A stretch of 64,000 nt of DNA. Source: Macrostomum hystrix (Eukaryota > Animalia > Platyhelminthes). Every line of letters begins with the position of its first letter. Positions within the stretch are counted from its first letter, which is position 1. The position numbers and the translations under genes were made by a program. This document shows, in pieces, positions 13,759-25,462 of the stretch. The DNA lies in NCBI GenBank assembly GCA_950097015.1, contig CATNEN010000010.1:2294001-2358000 (forward strand). Direction: 5' to 3'. The notes under the pieces were generated by a model that saw nothing but the letters and a program-made list of their open reading frames with translations, was not told where the DNA came from and ran no database searches.

Positions 13759-16123
13759 ATGGCAGCCAATTTAAAACTAGTTTTCTCTATGTCTAGAATG
13801 CTCAGCAGGGCTATATTTCAACCAAGCAGAGCACTAGCAAGCATCAATTTATTGGATCGGTGTATCCCATTAAGCAAAGGTAGTAATTTCTAAAGTTTCC
13901 TGTATGCTTAAATTATACACTCTTATTTTAAGTTAAGTGCTGTATGCATAAAATATATTTATTTCTATTAAATTTGATGCAAAAAAATGTAAATTTTATT
14001 CAGTCCCTAGATAGTTTCTTGGAAATTGAGTGTTTATTCGAGAATTAATATTGAATAACCACTCATAACTATACTAATTTTAGTTCGAGAGCAGCTCATG
14101 ACTATTGCTGGCTCAACAGGCATCCCTTTTGAAGTGTAAGTGATGTGACACAATGTAAGTTGGTAATATGCTTTTTTGCACGAGCCATGCAAGTCTAAGT
14201 GAAGGAATCTATCGCCACTGTCTGCATGTCTCCAAAACACCATTAAAACAGGCGGGACTGTGCTGACCTCACCGATGCCCTGGAGCGACATCAGCAGTTC
14301 GGCTCGCAGCTGCAGGCCAAGCGAATGTCTGAAAGCTACCAGGAGGCCATGCTGAGCCTGCGCACCGAGGCTGGGCTGTCAGTCAAGTACGTCAACACGC
14401 ACCACGGTATTCGAATAGGCCGATTGCTGGAGGATTTGGACATTCTTGGCGTCCTCATCAGCTACCGCCACGCCTGGCAGTCGCACTGGGATGAGCGCGC
14501 GCCTGTCACCATCGTGACGGCATTTGTTGACGGAGTTTGTAAGTGTGTGAGCGGCTAGCAATTGCATCACATTAATGACGAATTATAAAACAATTGAAAC
14601 TATAAAGAAGCATAGTAGTACAGCGACTTGATTGAACTGGTCTAGAATGCTACATGGCCAACCGCCTTCATCCATCGCGCAGGCGTCCACACACCGATCA
14701 TCCCGGCTAATCGAGACCTTCGTCTGAGCGGCTTCGTCAGCTGGGTTGGCAGCAGCTCGATCGAGGTGACGATGAAGATTGAGCAGGCCGCTAATGAGTC
14801 CGGCAGCACCTGGACGCCCGTTCTTGACGCCACCTTTGTGAATGCGGCGCGGCACCCGTTGGAAAACAAGTTGGTGCTTTGATTAATTAGCAGTGCAGTG
14901 GGATACCAAGCAATGTTCCCGCCTGTTTAAGTGCGCCTGAACGTAATCGCACACGCCAACAGTGACTTATCGAATATATTTTGTTACTTCAACTGGCCAA
15001 GTGTACTCGTATTTTTTTGTGCTTGATAGCAAATTTGCAGAGATTTGCAACCCAGTGAGTATTATCAGCTGGTGCCAGCCTTTGAAGACTAAGCCTTCTC
15101 TTTGCGGATGCGAACCAAATAAAGAGGCCTCGTCATTGATTCGAACTCGGTGACTTCCGCCTTTACTAACAACCAATCATATTTCATTCGGCAGAGCCGC
15201 CAAGCTGAATCCGCTGCTGCTGGATTCCACCTCAGACCGCAAGATTTTCGGGCGAGGCGAGGAAGCCAAGGCCCGCCGGCTGCAGCAGGCCTCCCAGTCG
15301 GTGCTGAGTGTTGTGCCTCGCGAGGAGGAAATCGCCAGGATTCACCGCATGTTTCTGGACACCATCGATCCCAAGTGAGTGTGTCCGTTATCCCATGAGG
15401 CCATCATCTGATGAGTGCATTATCTCATGAGTTCATTATCTCATGAGTTCATTATCTCATGAGTTCATTATCTCATGAGTTCATTATCTCACGAGTCCAT
15501 TATCTCATGAGTCCATTATCTCATGAGTTCATTATCTCATGAGTTCATTATCTCATGAGTCCATCATCTCATGGGTCTATTATCTCACGAGTCCTTTATC
15601 TCATGAACCCATTATCTCATTGTCTGACACCCTTCGTAGGTCGTTCACCTTCAGCCGAAGACGCCTTCCTCCGGGAAGTGTCTGGCTGCGCGACACCATG
15701 ATTAAGACTGCCCACCTCTGTCACCCGGAGCAGATGAATGTCTATTGCAAAGTGTTCGGCGGCTTCCTGATGCGCAAGGCCCTGGAGACCGCTTGGATCT
15801 GCGCGTTCGCCCACTGCAGACGCCAGCCGGTGCTGCTCGAGGTCAAGGACGTGTCATTCCGGGCTCCAGTTGAGCTCGGCTCGCTGCTATTCTTGTCGGC
15901 GCAGGTCACTTGCTCGCAAAAACGTCGCTATGTGGTCCGCGTCCACGCCGAAGTGCTGCAGCCAGACAGCGGCCTGCGGACGACCACGAACGATTTCTAC
16001 TTCGTGTTTGCCCCGGTGACCTCAGAGACTGGCGAACCGGATGCGCCCAGTGTTGTGCCCAAGAGCTACAGCGAGGCCATGCTGCACATTGACGGAATGC
16101 GTCGACTCTATAACGAGGCTTGA
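13759..16123 (+). CDS. ACOT9: Acyl-CoA thioesterase 9 (double hotdog fold, mitochondrial)
   Basis: Phase-consistent exons 13759-13879, 14084-14135, 14252-14538, 14683-14869, 15195-15374, 15640-16123. Motifs RIGRLLEDLD, LSGFVSWVGSSSIEV, HPEQMNVYCKVFGGFLMRKALE and PKSYSEAML. The N-terminus is presequence-like (MSRMLSRAIFQPSRALA). Confidence 0.92.
15040..15175 (-). mobile_element. SINE fragment related to family 2, in ACOT9 intron 4
   Basis: The reverse complement has B-box GAGTTCGAATC followed by GACGAGGCC..TTTGG..AGAGAAGGCTT, as in the family-2 copies. Confidence 0.55.
15412..15620. repeat. 16-bp minisatellite (GAGTTCATTATCTCAT) filling ACOT9 intron 5
   Basis: About 13 tandem copies inside intron 15375-15639. 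Confidence 0.95.
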
Positions 16124-16610
16124 CTGCTTCTGATGAGCTGCAGTCATTAGCTGAATTGATGTTGCAGACTTTAGAATGAACAAACTGACCAATTACATTC
16201 GTGAGAGTTGTACTCCGGAAATAAAATGATACTCAAGCTATGATGAAGCAGCTAAAACTCACCTCGCTCAGTCTCTGAACATTTCTCACTTCTCGTTTCT
16301 TGTCGCAAATCTACATTTATAGTCGCTAACTTTGATTAAGTTTTTGGATTTGTTTCTTATTAGTCTGTAAGTATGTTTGTCACAAATTATTACTTAAAGT
16401 AGTACCCTTGTTCTTGTAATTAGATTAGCATAATGCTTGTTTTATGAAACCCTCTGTGAACCAAATACGACTCGTATAGATGTTTTTAGTCACTCAAAAT
16501 TCTCTCCGGTAGTATTATCAGCAACTAATACAAGCGTACTAGGAGCTCGAAGAATTATTGCACACTTATTTTCTAATACTTCATGACCAATTAGTTCATG
16601 TCCAATGATC

Positions 16611-19126
16611 TTGACTTACTTGACTTAGCTGCAGGGCGGTCCGAAGACTCAGCGGGGAGGCGGCAATCACCCATTCCGCTAATCCCTGAAAAGCCCGCTT
16701 CAGCCGATGGTGCGGGGCCAAAAAGGTCAAGGAGTCAAGGAGGTCCGTGGCCGGTCCTTCCTGCAGCGTGTTCCTCGCTAGGGAAATAAGATGCATGTCT
16801 GGTAGCCCTCAGGAGCCTGACGAGCTGCGAGATGTTCTCGGATCTGCAATCGTCATCCATTAATGGGTTCGGTCCAAGGTGGTTTAGCCTTTTCCTGTTA
16901 AAGAAAGGGCAGTGACAGAAGAGAAAGTGCAGGGCATCCTCGTTCTCGAGCATACAGTATGGACACAGCTCATTCCGAAGGTCTCCCCGGAGGAAGCAGT
17001 GCCTGGCATAGCAGCCATGACCTGTGAGGGTCATTGCTAGGGCTCGGATGTATTTCCGTGTTTGTTTCAGGAGGACCTTCCGGAGCCGGGTGGATGGGAC
17101 CGGGACTGCCGCTCTGGACTTGCGGTAGTTCGTGGTGTCCCTCCATCGGGTGTGATGAAGGTTAGTTGCCCATGGAGGTTAGTCGGTGTTGGGGATGGGG
17201 GCCGGTGGGTCCGGACTTAACGCGGGTGCGGGCGCCTCCCTGCTTTGCCAGCCAGTTTACCAGCCAGTTTTTTACCAGGCAGTTTGATGAGCTGTCGGAC
17301 ACAGTCGGAGACTGTCCGAGAGATAGTAGTAGTGTGACAGAGGGCCTGCAGTGCAGCCTGGCTGTCGGAGTGAAAGATAATAGTCCTGCCGGAAATATTA
17401 TTTTGCTCAGCTCCACGGCACAGGAGCTGATAGCCAGGACTTCGTTTTTGAAAGACACTGGAAGATTTCCCAGTGTGTTGGGCGTGAGTGGCGATGACGC
17501 CTGTTGACGAGAATGCAGACCCGAAGCCGGTGTTACCATCTTTCATGGATCCATCTGTGTAGCAATGGACCTCCTGCGCTCTCCAGTGGTCAGTAGTGCG
17601 GCGTGAGCTTTCGCCTCGGCGCCGCAAGGTGCGGATTGAAGCGCACCCCAGCGTCAGGTTGTGCCAGGGCGCCAGGCGCCAGGTGGTTTTTGCAGCCTCG
17701 CTGCGGATGAATAGATCAAGCGGGAGGATATTTAGGAAGGTGTTGAGGCCGTCGAAAGGGGTAGATGGCGGGGCGCTCATGATCATGCAATACGCGCGGC
17801 CCTGCACTCTCCACAGCGTCTCATGGCAGGTCTTGACCTGCTGGGCGCTGGCCGAGATCAATCCGGCGTACGAGACTGCCGGTCTGATCATAGCAGTGTA
17901 GATCCACCAAAGACGCTTTAGGTGAGACCCCAGGTGGTGCCCACTGCCCTGCGCAGCTGCGCGCGGATTGTGAAGGCCTTTTTAGCTCTAGCGCGGACGT
18001 GGGGAGCCCAGCTTAGCCTGTGGTCGAGCGTTATGCCCAAGCACTTAGTTTGCTTATGGAAGGTGATGTCCTTACCATAGAGCTGGAGCGGGCGAATGTG
18101 CCGTTTATTTCGGCTGGTGAACATGATCGCCGTTGTCTTAGACTCGGAGAGTTTCAGACCACAGCGATTTGCCCATCTTTCAGCGTTCTTGATAAAACTT
18201 TGCAGGAGGTCTCGGAGGGTGTTTGGCGCGGGGCCAGACGCCACTGCCGTGACGTCATCCACGTAGCCGACCTTTAGGACAGGGTTTGGCTGAGCATTCA
18301 GAGGACCTCGTCGATTACCATGTTCCAGAGAACTGGCGAGAGAACGCCACCTTGAGGACTGCCCTTGCGGTGACCGTCCGCTGGTGTCCCAGAAGGTGCG
18401 CCGTGACGGAGCGGTGACGGACCATGCACATGATCCATCTCCTGAGGTACGAGTGCGTGTCGCATGCAGAGGGCCTATCGAAAGCTTCGAAGAGGACATT
18501 GTCAAAGGCACCATCAATGTCTAGGAAGACGCTGAGGGCAAACCCGTTCTGTAGGACAGACTTTTCCAGAGCGCAGACCAGCGTGTGAAGAGCGCTTTCG
18601 GTAGAGCGGCCCGCCCGAAAGGTGTGTTGGTTGTCGCTTAGCGGCATATTTTTCAATTCCACTGAAATGAGGCGCCACAACACCAACGTTTCCAACAGCT
18701 TGACCATTGAGGAGGTCGGGCTGATTGGTCGGAACGATTTGACCGAGTGGTAGTACGGGCGGCCTGGCTTGGGGGATAAACACAACCCTCGCCTCGGTCC
18801 AGGTCTTGGGAACATACCCGAGCACGATGCAGGCTTTAAGAAGCTTGTATAGGTTGCTAAGGAAGCCATGGCATCTCACTGGCTCTCGGATGAAGGCCGA
18901 GGGGATCTGGTCTGGCCCAGGGGATTTGAAAGGTTTAAAGGACTGGGCTGCCTTGACAACCCGGTCCTCCGTGATGATAGAGGCAGCAAGGATGTGACCT
19001 CCCTCGGTGTGGTCCGCACAGGTACCTGATCACACACAGGTGCACGAACGCTGCGGACTGGCCGCATACCCTGTTAAGGTCGAAGGGTGAAACCTTTCCC
19101 TCAGAGCGTGGAGGTATTCCTGCACC
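16611..19126 (-). mobile_element. 5'-truncated, decayed non-LTR retrotransposon (RT + RNase H + CCHC; I-group, Loa/Lian-like)
   Basis: RT motifs KSPGPDQI, KSFRPIS, QHTFRAGRSTESAL, VFLDIDGAFDNV and YVDD; RNase H CYTDGS and FHSDSQAAL; C-terminal LTGH..CPYC..EDALHFL.C. Several frameshifts. Tail TAAGTCAAG repeat. Identical 9-bp TSD CCAATGATC at 16602-16610 and 19127-19135. Confidence 0.93.
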
Positions 19127-20169
19127 CCAATGATCACTTAATCTATGACCAATGGCCTGTTATTCTATGACCAATTATAGGCTAATCATGGACTAATGAC
19201 TAATTTGTCCATGACCAAAAGCCAGTTGGTCTATTATAAAATACTAGTACTTTAGTATCAAATAATCAATGATCTTAATAAAATCTATCTAATCTAGCTG
19301 GCTGAAAGGATTGTTCCTACATTTATTTATGCTAAAGTAAATGGCAGTTTATCAAACCAGTACTACAACACAATCTGAAGTTCTGAGTATTACCAGCTCT
19401 GAACCAGGCATGCATTTTTAATATCAGTCGAGCTTCGCTGTCACTTGACCGACAAACTGATCGCAGCATTTTCCCCCAAAACACATTTTGCATGCAAATT
19501 ATTAGAAAACACAAGCCTTCATAAAGGCACGTAGACTCGCAGCCAAAACAAGCAATTCAGATTTAAATTTTTCTGTTTGCCGCCAACTCACTCTGCCCTC
19601 AGGCCTCACACTGAGAATAGAGCGGCAAGCAGGAGAGACTCCAGCTCACTTTTTGAGCCTGTGTGCATGGTGAGCGCGCCTCTCCCCTGCCATGAGTCTA
19701 ACTGTACGCTGCGGCTCTATAATGCCTGCAAGCCTGCATAGACTGAGGCAGGCCTTTCTAACCCCGCTTCTCTGCCCCAGCCACCCCCAAATATGCCCAA
19801 ACCAGAACAGACTAGAAGAACACAGCGCGTACAAAGCCGAGAGTAGCTGGTCCAGACAGATACACACGACAAGGCGTTGCCGTGCAGACATCGCAGGCAT
19901 TGATAAGCCCCTGCACCGCCTCCTTTACTCCTCTTGCCTCACCGAGCTCCTTTTACCCGAAAAAGGAGAAAAAACTGAGGAAGGGCGAGCTTTTGCTACT
20001 AGCGATCAGCCAGCAGGCTGCAGAAGATAGACCAGACTGATCGCAGCCTCTCCCTCTCAAAGCCTTCCCCGTCTTGTATTAGCGAATCTCGATTCCTCCT
20101 CCCATCCATACCCTCCCAGCCTGTACACTGTACAGTGTTTAAAGCTCGCGGCCCATCCGCCCAGCCCGG

Positions 20170-21829
20170 ATGAATCCCACGCAAGGGATGAACACCAGGC
20201 TGCAGCGACAGCAGCGACAGCAGGAAGCCCGCGAGCGAACTCACGAGCCTATCTGCGTGAAGGAGACTCGAGTCTGCTGGATTGAGTTCGGCGCCAGCCT
20301 AGCCTGCCTGGTTCTCGGCATCATCTTCGTGTTCGCCGGCGTCTCCGCTGACAGCAGCGCCGTCGGCTCCAGCGGCGGCTCTCAGGTGGGGAAGCCGGCA
20401 GGAATTCAAGCGGTAACTTACATCGGCGTCGCCTTGCTGATCCTAGGAGCAGCTTTACTGGTCGTATTTGGTGTTCACTTTCGTCGCGTCAAGGCTCATT
20501 TAGACGCGGTCAAAGCTGAGGGATTTGCTCAATTGGGCATTCAACCGTCCAGTCGATACCAGCAGCTGCCAACACAAGCGTCTGCAGCTAGTGGCGCGGG
20601 TGGACCACCGCGTCCTCCACCCTTGCCACTTCCATCTCGACAGCAGCAAGAGCTTCAGCAGCAACAGTACCAGCAATCTCCACAACCACATCGGGATCAG
20701 CAGCAGCAGCCACCACTGATGTCTTCATCACGTCTTCAGCCAATGCCACCGTATCGAGAAGGGGCCTTTTATAATCTCGGCTTTCTGGGCGATGAGTCTG
20801 AGACAAGACCATCACCGCAGCCTACTGTGGCAACTATTTCAACCGGGAAAGCGCTGCCTCAACAATTACAACTTCAACCGTCAAGTCGCAACGCTCCATT
20901 GCGATCTCCAACTGACGAAATTTCCAACCAAAATCGTTTAGCAGCAAATGCTTTAAACAATACCAGACGCGATCCAAATCCTCAGCACAATGCTCCACCA
21001 TCAGCCGATCGCACAAGATTTGCTCAGCAATACAACGCTGAACCATCACCCGACAACGTTAGACAAGGACTCTCTTCACAAAGCGACGCTCCACCACAAA
21101 CAGACAACGCAAGATACCATCCGAGCAATCAGTTTGGCGCACTGCCTGTACTATCTGAAAATGCGCGACGTGGGCCCTCAACACAGTACGGTGCTCAACA
21201 ACCGGAGGATTACACAAGACGAGGTCCTTCTGCCCAGTACAATGCTCCTCGAGCGGATAGCGATGCAAAACTCAGTTCAGCAGGAGCCTTCGAAGCCCCA
21301 CCGCAAGACGATCGCACCAAGCGCGGAGGCTTCTCAAAGGGATATTCTGATGCTCCTCCAGCAGGCGCCGCTCCCGCTACCGTCCGAGGTGTGCCGTCGT
21401 CGCGCAGTTACCATTCCGGCTTCTCTGGCAGTGCATCAGCTACCCAGCAGCACATTTCGTCATCAGCCAGTGGACAAGATTTTCAGACCAAGCCAGTCTA
21501 CCCGGAGTCGGGCCAGCAGAAAGTCAGAGTCGGACAGCATTACGGTGAGTCGCAATTACCGAGCTGGCAACGTCCGCCAGTGGACACACCACCTCAACAG
21601 AGGTCGCCACCGCCAGGCTATGCATTGGACCCGCTTCCGTTGCTGCGACAGCCGCTGAGAGATGGTCACGAGTTTGCGAACAAAGAGCAGCCTCAACCTC
21701 AACAACAGCATCACAAACAGCAGCATCAGCAGCCGTATCAGCAGCAGCAAACGTATCAGCAGCATCTGCATCAGCAACCGCATCAGCGGCAGCAGCTGCA
21801 GCAGCAGCAGCTGCAGCAACCGTATCAGC

Positions 21830-21862
<33 letters not shown>

Positions 21863-21963
21863 CGTATCAGCGGCAGCAGCTACAGCAGCAGCAACAGGAA
21901 CATCCAACGGCCTCCCAGGCAAGAAGGCAACAAACGAGTGGGTACAGGTCGTCTCAGATCTGA
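20170..21963 (+). CDS. Orphan intronless membrane protein: two N-terminal TM helices and a long disordered Q/P-rich tail (597 aa)
   Basis: Uninterrupted ORF with hydrophobic segments WIEFGASLACLVLGIIFVFAGV and VTYIGVALLILGAALLVVFGVHF; polyQ C-terminus. Confidence 0.8.
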
Positions 21964-23734
21964 GGTTTGGATTCTTACGGCGCGAGCTAAGCTCAAAATT
22001 TTCTATATTATGTTTTAATAAGACACTGAAATTAGTTGGAATGATATTTCATTAGTACTACGAGCGTAGTATTTAACACTCCTCGACAAGTTTCATTCGG
22101 ACATATGAACTGATGGACATATGGACATATGTACTGATCTGTAATAGTAATAGAAGCCCTAATTCTTAACACATTTCCCATTTGGCATCAAGACTTTTTA
22201 GCACGCAGAGCAATTTCACTTCAATGCACATATACGCACAAAGTCATCATCCAAGTACTGACTATTGACGCGACCGCCGAGAACGGACTCCGTTTTTTTG
22301 TCACGTGCTGTATAGCTGTAAATATTACAATGATTATTGGCATTCGAAGCTTCGTGTTGATTTCTCTTGGACACTGACAGACTTCGTTACTTCTGGTGAT
22401 GTGATGAACATTATTAATGTGACTGGAGCCAATTTTGTTTAAACTGTTTCCTCAAAATTAAATACTGTTTCTTTGAAAAATTTTATTTTGAACTTAAACT
22501 GTGATAAAATCGTGACTAAAATACTAATAAGTATGCAGATGCTGATTCTTCGCTTTCCTGTAAAGTCCATGTTCATCTAAAATGTGATTTTCGCTAATCA
22601 TATGGACCAAAGCACTCATTCCTGGATGCTTATGAATATTCCCCAACTCATTCTGATATGACTTCTGAGGCATTGCAGTCACAGTTGGCTGCTTTTCTGC
22701 AACTTCCATGCCTGCTCTGCAATGCCTAACTGATGTACTCAGTGCATTGTCTTGTGCTCGATTTTTAATCATGCTTGTATTAACAGTAGAAAGACTACGG
22801 GGCATTTCAAATAACACATTTTTTTCTGCGTCTCCTGAAAAATGCAACCAATCACCATGAACACGGGGCCGAATTGTCCGCTCTATCCGATGAAACAACT
22901 TCCAGAATCACAAAGCATCAGTGCATCGTCGAGATTTTCAGCTGTTATCGTCGGGTGTGTGGTGGCAAAAACCACCAATATAGGCAAAAGTTTTCTGCTC
23001 ACAAAATTTCATAATGTAATTATACTGTCAGTTATTATTTTTTACCAATATGGATTCGAAATAGAAGTTTTTACTGAGCAATGTTGTCCTTGCAACTAGG
23101 ATCTCCGACACGAATTGCTGAATATCTAGATGATGCTGATGTCGGACAGCTTTGAAAGTTCGTAAAGGGTGGGAAACTTGATCCATGGGTTGGACTTTCA
23201 CAAAAATCGGTCATTCGGTTTGGAGCTATCGTGAACTAGGCAGCGGCTATTTGAAGTCCCCCTTGGTTTTTTCCCAAAGGTAAAAATTGTCTTTCTACTG
23301 TTCAAGCAAATCAGACGGAGAAGTTTTCTATACTACTAAAATTTTGAATGATTTATAACGCCTCACATTTGAAATAAACTGTATTCATTTTCTCTAATAA
23401 CGCTATCCAGCTCGTAAAAAAATTATTTTTGTATCTTTGACTAAAACGAAGGCTCTAAAACGAAGGGATTTTTTAAGCCATGCAGCTTTGCAAGTGCTGA
23501 TCTCCGTGCTGATTACAAGTAGTAACTACTTGAGAAGTCCTTGCACTCGCTTATAATGAAGTAAACACCTAGCTGTGAGTACAGTGAAGCGAATTAGGCA
23601 TCGACTCCTCTGCTCGAGTGGGCGCGAGAGCACCCTCCAGGTGACTGGTCTCAACCGTGACCTAACCTAACTGCGCAAGTATCTGAATCTAATGTTTTCG
23701 TTTAGGGAAAGTCCAGTGATTAGAGCTTCTACTT

Positions 23735-23850
23735 ATGAGCTAGAGAGGTCAAGACTTTGAATTACAGCTCAGTGGAAAAACTGGAGCAAGACACTTAATT
23801 CGTCAATGCTTTAGATCACCCTGTTGTGGAATGGGTACAAGCTGGGCTAG
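23735..23850 (+). mobile_element. Degenerate CORE-SINE fragment
   Basis: GCAAGACACTTAATTCG..TCACCCTGTTGTGGAATGGGTAC resembles the family-1 CORE segment. Confidence 0.45.
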
Positions 23851-24346
23851 AATATGAGTCTGTATGGCCGTCGCGAGTTCATTCATTCTCTAATAACTGA
23901 TTGATATCAACCACGATGACCAGAAATGACGTCATAAATGGCTGTGGGGTCTGAATTAGGAGCTTGGGGTGGGGATTAATGAGCGACAGGTGAAGCATTC
24001 AATTAATGACAGAGGGCATTTCTCTCGTCGCACGGGTTTCCTACCAAAGCAGCGTATTAATTAAGACTTTAGAGGCGAGAAAATGCAATGCAACCAAACC
24101 GTTTATTTAACGAGAAATTCTAAAGCTGTAGAATCGCAGTTTCATTTCAAATGTCCGAATAATAAATTGGGAGGAGACAATAATCTGTTTATTTTGCAGG
24201 CCCTGAAAAGTGCTCCTACCTCTTGAAGCGTTAAGGATAAAGGTTGAAGTCTTTGCTCTTTAGTCGCCCACAATTCACAGTTCATTGAGTTGAATCTTGA
24301 AACATGAAGCCACAATTCTTTTCTTCAACAATTCTGGACCATGCGG

Positions 24347-25462
24347 TTAAATCTTGGAAGCAACAGCCGTGGATAAAGCCTGAACTTGACGACCTGAGGC
24401 CGCGGTCATAGCTCCGGACACGCAGCTGCAGCGGAACGTGCCGAGGAAGGCCTTACGAAACCGCTCGCTCTTCCACAACAGAACGATCCAGTTGATAGAC
24501 TGGTGGAGCAGCACCAGAACCCTGCCTATGTCGATGATGCCCCAAATCATCTTGCTAAGCCTCGGACTGGCTTGTGTGTTAGACAGGGTGAGAACTAGTC
24601 CGATGAGGCAGCCAGCCACAGTTGGAAAAGAGAAGAGGACAAGGATGGCTGAGAGAATCACGCAGATCACTGTGTTGTTTAGCTTGCTCTCACCGTGATC
24701 AGCTCGAATCTCGGTCTGATCGGACACGATTTGGCGCATTTTGCAAATCAGAAACACATTAGCTATGAGGATGATGGCGAATTCCAAAGTTGCTGGGAAA
24801 ACAAAAATTAACACGTAAACATTGTACGCAGCGTACTTCCAACCCACCAACGAGAAGTAACAAACTGTCGAGTCTCCCCAGGTGACCCAATGGAATGGTG
24901 CAATATGGGGAATAGCTAGAATAGCGCTCATGATTACAGCGAGCAGGCAGGCTTTGAGAGACACTTTGAATGACATAGTCTGGAATTTGAACGGAAAGTA
25001 GACGCTCAGGCACCGGTCGACTACCATAATAAGAAACAGAATGCTGGAGCTGACGCTGAAGGCTGCTTCCAGATAGCGCACAATTCGACAAGCGAACTCG
25101 GACATGTTAATGGTGAAGAGGCCGACCCTGGCTCCGCTGATCCACGGCAGGCCTTTAGCCAGAAAAAACCACATTAGGCCAGCCATGAACAGGTTGCAGT
25201 TGTCCGAGATCGCTATGATCGCAAAGTAGACTCCTTGTCGCGTCAGAGGTCGCAGCTTGCACAAATAGACGTAGGTCGTGAGGCTGTTCCCAATGAAGCC
25301 GCCGAGCATGAAGAACGGCAGAACGATGCTGGCGAGGATGCCCAGCGCGGTATTGAGATGACAGAAGGGGACGGCCTCGGGGTCCTTGCTCCAACAGTCG
25401 GCGAAGAGAAACTCCAAGTTGTCGATGAACTTCCGCGGCGTATCTGATGTATTGTACGCCAT
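24347..25462 (-). CDS. Intronless class A (rhodopsin-like) GPCR, orphan/peptide-receptor-like (371 aa)
   Basis: Seven hydrophobic segments; TM1 GFIGNSLT, TM2 IAISDN, Cys at the start of TM3, DRC in place of DRY, TM6 FSFP, helix 8 SERFRKAF. Confidence 0.9.
   Translation of the reverse strand: MAYNTSDTPRKFIDNLEFLFADCWSKDPEAVPFCHLNTALGILASIVLPFFMLGGFIGNSLTTYVYLCKLRPLTRQGVYFAIIAISDNCNLFMAGLMWFFLAKGLPWISGARVGLFTINMSEFACRIVRYLEAAFSVSSSILFLIMVVDRCLSVYFPFKFQTMSFKVSLKACLLAVIMSAILAIPHIAPFHWVTWGDSTVCYFSLVGWKYAAYNVYVLIFVFPATLEFAIILIANVFLICKMRQIVSDQTEIRADHGESKLNNTVICVILSAILVLFSFPTVAGCLIGLVLTLSNTQASPRLSKMIWGIIDIGRVLVLLHQSINWIVLLWKSERFRKAFLGTFRCSCVSGAMTAASGRQVQALSTAVASKI

Noticed and set aside
19692-20030. 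112-aa ORF upstream of the 2-TM gene
   Set aside because: No recognisable domain or composition bias; at most a uORF in a long 5' leader.
22524-22898. 124-aa minus-strand ORF with ILDEHGLYRK (RhoGAP-like)
   Set aside because: Only one short motif, no supporting exons or splice structure, and AT-rich context; cannot be assigned.
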